A stretch of 64,000 nt of DNA from Marsupella aquatica (lineage: Eukaryota > Plantae > Marchantiophyta), in assembly GCA_973895155.1 (NCBI GenBank), contig OZ316895.1, positions 18,361,880 to 18,425,879 of the forward strand, given 5' to 3'. Numbering within the stretch: the first letter of the stretch is position 1; every line of letters begins with the position of its first letter. Below the pieces are notes generated by a model. That model searched no databases. It was given only the letters and a program-made list of their open reading frames with translations, and had not been told where the DNA came from. Below are positions 34,628-46,540 of this stretch, in pieces. The position numbers and the translations under genes are program-made.

Positions 34628-37206
34628 TCATTTCCCTCCTTGGGTTCAGGTCCTCTCAACTCCTTCCGATTCCTCCAATGTCCAGGTTTCACTATAGGAA
34701 ATTGGATAACCCGCAATTCATCCAGACTCCTTACCTTTGCCATATGAGTGCCATCTGGTAGGACCTTGTACTCCATTCGAGCTTGAGTAATGTAAGGCTG
34801 CCCTAGAATGAGATCATAGGGCAAACTATCATGCACAAAGATGTTAGTTGGTTCTATCACATGGCCAACCTTCACTGATACTCCAGGGCATCCTCCCCAA
34901 AGCATATTCTTTGAACGATTGATTGAGTTGACAGACCATTGAGTATCACAATCAATCATCCATTGCCCAAGATCATAGATGCTTCTTGACATTAGATTCA
35001 CCTCAGATCCTGTGTCAATCAATGCTCGAGCTTTGCCCTCCATTCCTACAAGCTCTACCTCCACAACTGAGCAAGTTCTTGCCCAAAACGGCTCCAAGAT
35101 GGACTCCTTGTTGTCTCCTGAATCAGGATTCTTCATAGCTGAAGCACACATGACCCACACACTTTGTGAGGCCTTGAGCACCTCTTCACGACTAATTTTT
35201 GCCATATCCTGGGTCACTGCAAATCCTGTTGTTGCTTTCGCCAATGGTTTCCACCTCTCCAATACCTCAACTCCTGACATCTTTGGTTCAGGAACTTCCT
35301 TTGTTGAAGACCCTAGCATCTGTGGTCTAGGGATCTTCTCCGCGTTTACTTGATACACTTCACACTCCACACTGGCTTGAAAAATAATTGAACCTTCTCC
35401 ATCTTCATCAACATCAGAAAAAACCTCCATTCCCAAGGCATGAGGTCCTTCCTTGTAAAATCGCTTTCGTTTCACCTTTGCAAGTAATGCATCTTGAGCC
35501 TTGGAGTTCATGCAAGCAAAAAACTCCTCATTGGTGACTCCGCTCACCTCCACTTTCCAAAACTTCTCAACAACTTAATCATACGCAATGTGCTGCTCAA
35601 CATCTCTTCCAAGGACCCAACCAGGTCCTTTCTTTTCCACCTTCTCTTTTTTTACCACTTCCATCTCCTTTGAGGATGAAGGAGTCGAAGTAGGCTCCTT
35701 TGTTGTACTTCCTCTATCTTCAAATCGAACACTCCTCCTTGTTGGGACTCTTGATGATGGCTGCAAAATAGAGGGTCCAGGCTCAACCTTTTGTTTTCCT
35801 TTGGCACGTTCTTCCAAAGGTTCCAACGACTTTCGTTTCTCCTCTACCATAGAATCCCATAGAGATCCCACTTCTGCAGTGAAAGAAGAGATCAACACTG
35901 GATCACTCCAACCTGACTTCCTCCTTACAAACTCTGCTAGTCTCTTCTTGTCTGTCTCTGTTGACGAAGAACTCCCAAAGAGGGTGTAAACATCTGCTTC
36001 ATGCTCATCCTGATCTCCAAAAGCTGCTGCAATGGCTAAAGTATGATGTTCAGTCATTCTTCTCTCCACCAACACCTTCATACCGCCCTTGTTTGTGTTT
36101 ACTGGAATAAGCTCTCCTGAATCATGATAAGCAAGCTTTCTTATGCCATCATGATCAATGAACTTGACTCTTCTCTCTCTCAGAGCAACAAAAAGCTCTC
36201 CACATTCACGCCTTGAGTGCTCCTTACTATCACACCAAATACAATTCCAACTCCTTGCTCCGCCAATGGAACTCCCGACTCCTGGACCACCTCTTGACGC
36301 TGGTTTTGATGCACCTCCTCCCATCTGCTCGAAGGCTTGGGTGGCAAGAATGGTAAGATTTTTCATGAGTTCAGATAACTCATCCATTTTATCCATACTT
36401 TTCTCACCCCTACCAGTTGTTGACTCTATTTTCTCCATTCTCCTCATAGAAGTCATAGGTGCAACCGCATGTAGAGCACCTTCATGACTCAGCTTCTTTC
36501 TTCTATGCTTTTGGCTGACCCTAAGCACAGCAATCTCAATCTCCTCCCAAGTTGGTGGACTGGCTCCATGACTTGGGTTCATCAATTCTAGAGCAAGCTC
36601 CAACTCGTCTTGAAGCTTCTCATCAGCAGCTCGGATAAGTAAAGTAGCCTTCTGTACCTTGATAACTTCAGAACCAATCTCATAAAGCTGATTGAACTTC
36701 TTCGTAAACTCCCTTATCAGTTCTTGAGGTCCCAACTTCTTGCTTCTATCGGCCACCCAATCAAGGAAAGATGCTTGAGTAACCCGATCTGGATCTTCAA
36801 GCTGAAATTCTTCTTTCATCTTCAACTCAAAGACCTTCCATGCTTTCTCCCCAGTAGCTCCATCTATCAAGGTAGTAACAATTCCCTTGAGTTTAGGTTC
36901 TCCTAAAGATACAAACTCCTTGACTGCAACTTCTGCATCAATCTTATGAATTGTAGCCTCCGTCCAGTACCCCTTGAGATACTTGGTTACATTTCGCCCA
37001 TCAAATTCTCCTTGCTTGGTAAGAACCGAGTGTAGGTACTTCGTGGTCCTACCAAGCAACTCCTTCTTCTTGTTCTCCTCCATCTCCTTCTCCTTCATTC
37101 CATGTAAGTAAGCAGCAATCAAGGATAAAAACCTCTCCATGTCAGTTGGATTCATCTCAGTTCCCATGATTGCAATTCTTCCCTCTTGACTTAATAATAT
37201 AAACAA
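34603..37206 (-). pseudogene. gag: Gypsy 2 gag-protease; same frame, one TAA at 35577-35575
   Basis: FDGRNVTKYL gag start; knuckle CIWCDSKEHSRREC; protease ALIDTGSEVNLMS and LILGQPY. Confidence 0.88.
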
Positions 37207-37291
37207 GTTAAGAACTCAAAGTTCCAAAACCATATCTCTCTTCATCCATTAGAACTCAAACATGCACAAGCTAACTTCCAAATCCAGCGGT

Positions 37292-37309
37292 TCCCCAGTA
37301 TGGTCGTCA
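37292..37309 (-). promoter_or_regulatory. Primer-binding site of Gypsy 2 (tRNA-Arg-like)
   Basis: Minus strand TGACGACCATACTGGGGA, 4 nt (TAAG) after the 5' LTR; resembles TGGCGACT..CTGGGGA tRNA-Arg PBSs. Confidence 0.6.
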
Positions 37310-37313
37310 CTTA

Positions 37314-38452
37314 TGTCCGGGTGACCGTATTTTCTGGCAAGAGCATGTTGGCTCTTTTGAAGTTAACCTTGCATGCTCATAAGTTCTATACTAAAATCAA
37401 AATGATAATTCTAGTAACAAGGGTAGTGGGTATTAAGAAAGGTTCAGGTGAAATTAAAATACTGTTAAACCCTACTTCACCATACTTGCGGACCAATACA
37501 TCACGAAAATTAGTTTTCTTACGACATATGATTCTAATATCTCCAAGAGAAAATGAAACAGGAATATCATCCGGACTCCTATTCAGATCCATGACTTCAA
37601 TAAAGGACAAAGATGATGCACTCCCACTCCTCTCGGTACGACACCACTGGGTATATTATTGGCTAGTTAGAAACCATAACAACAGTTGCAAATTGAGCTC
37701 CAAAATGATAGGTTAGATGTTGCCTCATAGATGGTTTGTCTAAAAGATGGACTCTAATCAAAAACGGATTACGAAGGGGAAGATCAGGGATAACTCTCTC
37801 TCCTGGATTCATGATGGCTCTCCTATTCCTTTGCTATCCGGGCCAAAGGACGCCCCACCCCTATATTCCCAAAGAAACCTTATTCCCTAAGGTCCCATCT
37901 ATAAGTCTACCACTCATTCCTTTGCTATCCGGGCCAAAGGACGCCCCACTACTATGTTCAAGGCACAAAAGAGCTTCACAACCTTGAATGATAAACATTG
38001 CGGAATGAGGGGAGAGTGCCCCTCACCACTTTATTTATAGTGCACACCAAGAGGGCATGGATCAAGCCCAAGCACTTGGATGAAGGCCAAGTGTCAAACA
38101 TCTAATACCAAAGAGTGTGCTAGTACTGTTCATAGTTGGTGAAACTACTTTTAGTAGGTGGAACTACCATGCATTGGTGGAACTACTATGCGTTGGTGGA
38201 CCTACTGTGTGTTAGTAAAACTACTATGCGCTGATGGACCTACTGTGCGTTGGTAGAACTACTATGCGTTGGTGAATATTATTGTAGTTGGTGGAACTAC
38301 TCATATGCATTGGTGGAACTACTATAGTCCGTTAATATAGCTAAAGAGTTTTAATAAAATCTAAATTTAATAATCTAACTACTAAATTACTTATATAATC
38401 TATAGCATATTAAAACAAACAATTTTTTATAACTTAAGAGAAAATCACGACA
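37314..38452 (-). repeat. 5' LTR of Gypsy 2
   Basis: Copy of 30034-31172. Confidence 0.95.
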
Positions 38453-40806
38453 ACGCTCTGACCCGGACTAAAGGAGTGATTGGTAAGCCTCGTGCGTGAC
38501 AAGCTTGGCCTATTGTAAGCAAGAGGGGCCAACCAATCAATGGACGACATGGGTATAAAAGGTGGACTCTTCCCCATTTCAGGTTTACCAATTTTTTCCT
38601 TGCGCAAGCTTTGAGCTCAGCCCCTTTGCGCACTTGATTCAGCCAGCCCTTGACACTTTGCCATATGTCTGTCATGATTATGTCCAGTTTTGCTATTTGC
38701 TTCTGGTACCAATTCCTATGCATTGGTAACCACCCTTGCAGCCTCACTTGCCGAGCATAACCCACAAAAATACAAAGCCAAAAGGCATTACAAACGACTT
38801 ATCCAGTTGAACGGGCGCTCTCATTACAACAATGACCTCAACCTTCTGTTTGAGAGCAAGTACTGTTGGGACACAGAGATCTCCAAGTTCTTCTTCGAGG
38901 GAACCAAGTACCTCAGTCAGTTTTGGAGAAGCGCTCCTCCGACTCCCGGACGAGGTTTTCAAGATCCTTGGCACGATGGACTTACAACGTCATCACTTTG
39001 ACGACATACCCGCCAGGGTGCAAGCCTTTCTTGATTGTTGATTTGGCAATTGTCCAAACCCGAGAGGACCTTCACCCATCGCAGCATCGCTTGGCTTCCC
39101 ATCTGGAACTCTGGGTCCCATGGCACCTCCTCCAACAGCACCTACGACCAACTCACCAGTGCTAGGACAGGCGCAGAATTGCCTCGAGCAGCCTCAAGCC
39201 GCTCTTCACCACCGGTTGCACCACCCGTTAGGGTGCAATCCGTAGTGAATGCGGTCAACTTGAGCTTGAAGGACAAGGAAGTTCCTCCACCACTTGTCCG
39301 CAAACCGAGGGAACCCATAAAATTGGGGGGGTAACATGCCACCATCCCAGCAAGCCCAAACCCGGAAGGCGGCCCCGGTGGACAACACAGTGACAATTGC
39401 AGCCCCGACATCAAAACTGACGGCAGTGGCAATCCCACCACCACCAGATAAGGAAGACTGGGAGTTGTCCCCCTCAACGAGTCACCCCAAAAACCAATCG
39501 TGGGGTAAGAAGCGGAAGGAGCCGGCTTCAGTATCCGACTTACCTGTGGCCACCGTCATAGTGGCCAAATTGACCATGCATCGAATGGGGGAGAATGTCC
39601 ACAAAAACATTCTCCACCCAAAGCATGCATGTTACCTAAAGACCCAAGGGTTTGAGCACCTTGTCCCCCTCCCTTGGGACACTTGCAGGTATTACGGGCA
39701 AGATATGACGGAGGTCATCCAAAACTTTGACGAGGCCCGTCAGCAGACCCGTGCGCACGGATGAGTGATGTCCTTGAACGAGGCACGGCTTAAGCTCATC
39801 TTTGGCCTACCCGAAGGACAAAATTGGGTAGAATTGCAAGCACCAGGGGACAAGAGAGCCAAGTACCAGTCCTCTAGCTTCCCACCCAAGGGTTTGGTGG
39901 ACAATGGCTTCCTCATGCGGACATGCCTCATTCCAGAGATAGCGGAGCGGCTGGAGTTCCAAAGGTATGCACTCCACATGATGGAGATGCAGGGAGAGAT
40001 ATCCACCGCCCAAGTTATTCAGGTTGAGAACTACCGGCCTAGGAAGTGGGCTTCTTTCACTAGTACATTTTAGGCACTTTTCCGATACTAAAAACACGCA
40101 TTTCTCAACGCGCCCGATACTAAATACAACGGAACACTTCCGATACTCCCCAGCTACGGAAGTTCCGATACTACCAAAATCGGATATTATTATCCGATAT
40201 GTTTTGTATCGAAAACTTTATCCAATACCCATTATATCGGACAATGTCCAAAACATCCTGTATCGCAAATTGAGAGCCGACATGTTTTTCAGACGTCCGA
40301 TAATAATAGTATCGAAAGCTAATTCCGATAGGTTTGGTTTCGGAATTTACCGATAGAAGTGTTATCGGACATATTTTTGTGATACTAGTTGCAACGGAAA
40401 TTATTTGCAAAGGCTAAGGTATCGGTTACTATCCGTTGAAATTGCTATCGGACCCCTCCTCGGGCTCTGGCTTAAGTGTCCAATCTGTGGAGTATCGGAT
40501 AGTGAGTTTTGATTGTTATAGTATCGGAAAGTCCGATACTTTGAGGATGGGAAGGGGTTTTTTGCTTTGGCAGTACTGATGTGTGTCCGATATGTTTCCG
40601 ATGGTATTTGAATGGGACATATGGGACTTTAGTGTTTTACAATGTGTAGGTTGCATGGAATTAATGGATTCAGATATGGGGCATACTTTAAGCAATAGAT
40701 ATGTATACTGCATGAAATTGTGGACAATGAGAAAAATCGTAGAATGCCGATAAAAAGATAGTGCCGGTAAAAATATACATGAAAATGGTGGGGTCTACAA
40801 TTTATA

Positions 40807-43800
40807 CTAACTCGTGGGGGGTATGTCTCTATCTTCCACTACAACTACATTGGGTCTCTCTTGGACTATGGACCGTGATCTGGGAATATACGGCATGACA
40901 ATGGACCACTCGGGGTCATTGGGATAGGGTAGGTAAAAGCATTGCTCAAGGTGATGGGGGAAAGCAAAGGGATCTGAGGACCTCCAGTTGGAACTGATGA
41001 CACTATTTGCGGATGTCTTCAAACGAGTAAAACCGCATGCATCATCTTCACAAGTACGATTGTGGCCTACAAGATTCATCTTGAACCATTTGCACTTGAA
41101 TACCACTTCCTCCAAAGTAGTATGTGCATGGTACTTCACTGTTAGGATCTCCTCAATCTTCCCATAATGGGCCACGGTGGAGCGAATGGGATTCATGTCT
41201 GACATGCTACTCTGGGAATCTTGGGTGAACCAACCCATCACCCCACAATCCTGTGTAGCTGCCCTCTTCTCATCAAGTCGTTCCACACGAAAATGTCTCC
41301 CCTTTGACCACATGGCAGTCCGAGTCGTGACTATAAGTAGTGGACCATGAACCAAGGTACGAAGTTTATCTGTCACGTTTGGGTAGTGTAATACACTCTC
41401 CTCGGTACCCACCAGGGCATCCACTTCTAACAACTTCTCCTTCATGTATGGGTGAAACTTGGGAAATAACCGTGGGCGTCGACTGTTTTGCTTCTCCTCA
41501 TAAAATGTTGTCCACTCCTCGACAACCTCGGGTGAGTTATACAACTTAAATGTTGTGAGCTGTAAACGCTCTGCTGAGCCTATGAGACGCTCTCCAGATG
41601 CCCCAGTGAGTCTATCATCGTCGTAGTCAGCCTCTCGTGCCGCCTCATCTATCCATCCCCTAGGAGCACTAGGATCTAGTGTGGCAACTATGTTTGTACA
41701 GTAAAACATACTCTCTGCTCCAAGATGACGCTCCGCAATGCTACCTTCCACCCTAGCGCGATTAAAGACATATGACTTCATCACCCCCATATAACGCTCT
41801 ACCCAATACATCCATCGACAATGTACTGGGCCTGCAATTGCAACCTCGCGCACTAAATGTATGAGGAAATGAACCTGACCATCAAAGAATGAGGGAAGGA
41901 GTGCCTTCTCCAACTTGCAGACAACCTCTACTCCAAATATCTCCATAGCAGCAATGTCATCAAACTCCTGTACCTCCTTTTGACATACCCATCTTAAGAG
42001 CTTACCCAATGACCAAAGGGCATCACGAAGTTCCTCACTACCCAATCCAATAATAGCAACTGGAAGAACATGTTCAAGCAACCGATGATAATCATGTGTC
42101 TTCAAGAAAGATGGCCATTTTGGAGAATCCTCCCCCCCAAATGCCTTCCGAAGATTGGTACCATAACCTGTGGGAAACCTCATCAACCCAATACGTCTGT
42201 GAAACTCAATGCGCTCTGCCCTTGTCAAAACCCAAGGAGGATGGATGCTAGGGGGAGCACCAGGGGGGTCCAAAGATGGCCAAAAACCCAAAAGACCATG
42301 CATCCCCATCTCCTCACAACTTTCTCTCCAATTGTTATTTTTCTCCCCATATAGATGGCGAATCAATGATTTCCCCACATTCCCCTCAATGTGCATAGGG
42401 TCTAACAAGTGATTAATGGGCATATCTGACCAATATGGCAATTGTGACAATGCAGACAAACGGGTCATGCCACATCTGAATAATGGTAATGGATCACTCG
42501 GATCCTGAACTCTCCCCCATACCTCTCTCCAATATGCTGGATCCTTCCGCTGAGGTTGAGGACGAATATCAGGTTGGCCCTCATCAGTATCATAAAGGAA
42601 TGGATCACTCCTCCAAGGATGGTCTGGTGGAAGATATTTAGTATGACCAATGTAAACAATTTTTTGCAGAGTACTTGACTTGGGCCTGGCCACCCCCTCC
42701 AAATCGGGTCCACATGTAGAGCAAGCTCGATAGCCTGATGTTTGCAATCCAGAAACATATCCAAACCCTGCCCAGTGCATAGAAAACACATTCATAAAAT
42801 AAGGTTCATCAAGGCAAAAATCTGCATAATTGCAATTAAATACAAGGTTTAGGTACTAGAGGAAATAAGGGTTTACCATACCTGGTAAATCATGCATGGT
42901 CCACATAAGGATGGCCTTTAGAGTAAATACGCGGGATAAACCTCTTGTGTTGTGACGTCCATCATAACAATCCACTCCTCTCCACAGTTGTATCAACTCA
43001 TCAATCAATGGCTGCAAGTACACATCAATCTTTTTAACTTGCTTAGGACCCGGAATAATCATGGAGAGTAGTAGGTGACCTTTCTTCATGGCCATCCAAG
43101 GAGGGATGTTGTAGTTTGTCAACACTACTGGCCACACCGAATATGGTTTGGCTTTTCCTGTCAATGCAAAAGGGCTGATACCGTCTGCTGCCAAGCCTAG
43201 TCGAACATGTCGTGGGTCAATTTTGAACTCTCCCCATCTATCCTCTACAAATCGATTGGCAGGAGAGTCAACCATCATCCGCATGGCACTAGAGGCTAGG
43301 GTACAGCCATATCAGAACGATTTTGTGAGTGCCATACCATCATCTCAACCAACTCTGCACATCGGAATTGATGTCGCAATCGAGGGATAAGAGGAAAGTA
43401 CCTCATAACCTTTTGCGGTACCTTCCCCGTCAACATGTCATCACGGTACCGTGGCTTCTGACATTTAGGACATGTAGTGGCATTTTCATGCTCACCCCTA
43501 AAAAGAATGCAATCATCCACACATGCATGTATCACCTCATACTTCAGGCCAATGGACCTCAACACCTGTTTAGCCTCTTTCCAAGAGGCTGGCAATGCAT
43601 TGCCTACTGGCAAAATACAATCATGCAAGGTACGGAAAACATCATCCAAAAGTAGATTGCTTGCCCCATGTCTTTGCTGCAAGTTGAGCAACAACATTAT
43701 TGATGAGAGCCGAGATAACCTACTCCCCTTGAATATGCGAGTACGGGCATGACGTTGCGCCTCCTCCCATTGCTTGTCTTGGGACCCCCTAGAAGGATGT

Positions 43801-44054
43801 GGATGACTAGTCCTTTCATGGGTTGAACCAATGTCCTCCAAACCAATGTCATCGTGATCATCATAGAATTGGTCCATGAGCTCATCCATGGCCCTCTCCT
43901 CATCAAGATGGTCTTGGATAGGATCATCACCATCATGTCGTACCCCATCCTCTTGCCTTTGCGGTTCATGCCCACGGTTGGCCACCATGGCCTCAACAAG
44001 GTGTTGTCGCATAGCTCGTGATATTACCCCAATATCAGGCGTTACATATTGATT
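40807..44054 (-). pseudogene. CACTA 2 transposase (TnpD: Transposase_21, DUF4218, DUF4216-like); exons 44054-42882 and 42767-40807; one frameshift near 43310
   Basis: IHACVDDCILF..CPKC..RY; YFPLIPRL; RLGLAADGISPF; YSVWPV..YNIPPW; IDVYLQPLIDEL; HDLPG|FG (GT-AG intron 42881-42768); LDPMHIEGN; KTHDYH; GPVHCRWMYWVER; EGSIAE; FKCKWF. Confidence 0.93.
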
Positions 44055-44177
44055 CTATCATACAACATCAATTAATTAATCTCATCAACACATGCACTGC
44101 TGAACAACATCATTCTCAGGTAAACATGTAAAATAAACTGACATATATATATACATGTATGTAAGTCCAAGAAACTA

Positions 44178-45134
44178 TCATGGACGACAACGCAAGGACA
44201 ATTTTGGTGCATCCCACTCATACTCACACAATAACTCCTCACCAGCTCTAATGGTCCTAACAGCTACTGTCATGATATGGTCGTCCATATGTTTCACAAA
44301 ATATGGATGTCTAGGTGGACCAAACATTTGAATCCACTCTACATTAGCCTCCAAACCTCTATCTCTACCTGTGGTACTATTGATGTACCCTGCTAAATTA
44401 CCGTTCCGAATAGGATCACCATCAATCATCCGGCAATGCCACGGCCTAGTGAAGACCTCATCCGGGTCTGAGTCCATCCTCAATGCATACACCCCCCAAC
44501 TTGGGTGTTGACGCAACAAAATATTCCAACTCTTGGAGTTATATACAGCCCCAATGTAAGGAAAGAGGTGCTCTCCATCATAACCACGTCTCCATGGCTT
44601 TGGAGGGACCACAATATCCTCCAAAGCAAAAAGACCATATCCTATATCAGGATCAATAGAGGATGCCTTCACTATCCAAGGGCGACCCCATATCTGAACT
44701 GGTTCATCTGTAGGAATAAAATCTGGAAATTTGAAGAGACTTGGAGAAAAGTCCTTCAAAACTTCGGCAGCCCTACCAGTGAGATAGGATAGTCCAAACC
44801 TGCCCTCAACGCAAATATAATCTACGTTACCGGCTGGTCGATCACTAGTACCTAACACCTCCTCTCGTCTGTCTACCTGGTCTAGTGGTCCATACTGCCG
44901 TCTACGTCTACCAGATCGTGGTCGTGTACGTAGGACCCTAGTAGTCACAACCTCGGGCCGAGAGACCGGTTCCCCCTCTACATGCTCATGTGTGGGCACG
45001 GGAGTGGGGATAGGAGCAGGTGGGCTAAGAGGCATCTGGGCAGGAGGAACTGCAAGCAACTCCCTGGCCCTTGCTAGAAACCCTTCCAACCACACAGCTT
45101 CAGGAACCAAAGGAGGTGGGGGCCTACGAGGCAC
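44178..45134 (-). CDS. SET-domain (lysine methyltransferase-like) exon, intact, nested in the transposase gene
   Basis: SET motifs in order: VKASSI...GYGLFALEDI, PYIGAVY, YALRM, IDGD...GNLAGYINS, NVEW, AVRTIRAGEELLCEY; preceded by an AG acceptor at 45136-45135. Confidence 0.85.
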   Translation of the reverse strand: MPRRPPPPLVPEAVWLEGFLARARELLAVPPAQMPLSPPAPIPTPVPTHEHVEGEPVSRPEVVTTRVLRTRPRSGRRRRQYGPLDQVDRREEVLGTSDRPAGNVDYICVEGRFGLSYLTGRAAEVLKDFSPSLFKFPDFIPTDEPVQIWGRPWIVKASSIDPDIGYGLFALEDIVVPPKPWRRGYDGEHLFPYIGAVYNSKSWNILLRQHPSWGVYALRMDSDPDEVFTRPWHCRMIDGDPIRNGNLAGYINSTTGRDRGLEANVEWIQMFGPPRHPYFVKHMDDHIMTVAVRTIRAGEELLCEYEWDAPKLSLRCRP

Positions 45135-45272
45135 CTATTTCAACACATGTACAATGGTTTTACACAAATCAATAAATTAAGTAGTGCCAGGATGTAAATG
45201 CAAGATAATTAAGCAATACCCTAAATTGGAATGCATATATGGAATGAATAGGGGACATAAACATATCTGTAC

Positions 45273-45503
45273 CTGGCTAGGCAAATACCCTGGCATATCA
45301 CCCTCGTGGCGGCCATAGTTCTCGATGTGCTCACAAGTCTCCCACGCATGTCGAACCACAAGTCCCTTACATCTCACACACCAGCAAGGTATGGGTCCTA
45401 GTGGAGCACGAGGACGATCTGGAGGAGGGGGTGGAGGAACCTCCCCCTCAGACGAGCTTGTGTCTGAGTCTGAATCTGACGTGGAACTATCAGAAGTAGA
45501 CAT
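45273..45503 (-). CDS. First coding exon of CACTA 2: transposase-associated zinc-binding domain
   Basis: IPCWCVRCKG......TCEHIENYG fits the CPCxxC...H transposase-associated pattern; AG directly before ATG 45503; donor CAG|GTACAG at 45272. Confidence 0.75.
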
Positions 45504-45825
45504 CTGCATGCATGAAGTACACTCTGAATTCATGTAAGCTGCATAAAAGAAGACAATTAGTGTTGGAGTATCAAAATAGAATTAATTAATGCATGAGATA
45601 CAAAAGTCCTGTTGTACCTCAATGATACCCGCGCTTTGCCAGCCTACTGTGTCGTATTTTCTACACACAAGGTGTGGGACATCCAAAATCTCTGCATATA
45701 TGGGTGAGCATTTTGCTAATGAGCATACATAATCTGTAAGTGCGAAAGAGTGTAGGAAGAACACACCACATATAAAAAAATTCCAACATACAAATTAAGT
45801 GTAAATGATGCGGCTCGTGAAGCGG

Positions 45826-46540
45826 GGACATCATACCTCCTGGATGCGCGGTCTCACACTATGCATAGTGCATTGTCCAAAACAAAACCTATCTACCCCC
45901 TCACAAACATTGAACCACCCCTCCAAACGCAAGGTACTGTGCATCAAATCCAACACAACCATTAGCCTAGCTAATATATATGGAGGTTGAACCTTATCCT
46001 AAGAAAAGGTGTAACCTTATCCTAGTAAAACCCCATAACCCTAAGCCCATAAACCCCTCCAAAGAAATGATCCAAATAGCTTTCACCAAGAAATGGTTCG
46101 TACAAAAACTTCTTGTAGTATTTTGTCTATCATATATCATAGTATTGAGTTCCCATCACCACAACCATCCCTAAACTTGCAAGGAACTTGCAAGAGGACA
46201 TCATACCTCCTGGATGCACGGTTTCATGCATAGTGCATTGTCCAAAATCGAAACCTCCCTACCCCCTCAAAAAAAGTTAACCACCCCTCCAAAAGCAAGG
46301 TACTACACATCAAATCCAAACACAAAGATTAGCCTAATGAAGGGGTTTAATATTATCCTAACAAAAGGTATAATGTTATACTAATAAAACCTCTACGTAC
46401 ACCCATAATCCCCTATAAAGAAATGAAACAAAAGGCTTTCACCCAAAAATGGTTCATACAAAAACTTCTTGTAGTATTTTCTTGATCCTATATTACATAT
46501 CATAGTATTGAGTTCCCATCACCACAACCACCCCTAAAAC
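45826..46540. repeat. Two ~345-bp direct repeats between the divergent genes of CACTA 2
   Basis: GGACATCATACCTCCTGGATGC...CATCACCACAACCA.CCCTAAA at 45826-46174 and 46196-46538. Confidence 0.85.

Larger units (their letters stand above)
30034..38452 (-). mobile_element. Full-length Ty3/Gypsy element 2 (fungal-like/Phygy-type non-chromovirus)
   Basis: 1139-bp LTRs 30034-31172 and 37314-38452 with about 10 differences seen; 4-bp TSD ACGC (30030-30033 and 38453-38456); PPT GGTAGGGGTGA; gag-PR-RT-RH-INT on the minus strand. Confidence 0.95.
28421..38655 (-). mobile_element. 3'-truncated LTR retrotransposon (5' LTR, PBS, UTR, gag start); its ~443-bp LTR is split by Gypsy 2
   Basis: LTR halves 29790-30033 and 38457-38655 with 7-bp inverted termini TGTCAAG/CTTGACA; on the minus strand TAAGTGTG then PBS-like TGGTCGCATCAGG; gag-like remnant RRYSG..FDDFI.EFD.WCDMQ..PFMAWEGLFQYL at ~28420-28600. 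Confidence 0.6.

Noticed and set aside
43284-43320. Frame change in the CACTA 2 transposase as programmed or as a micro-intron
   Set aside because: No slippery heptamer or plausible intron; restoring one base gives the expected RS.DG...MR...DSPA motif, so it is a 1-bp deletion or sequencing error.
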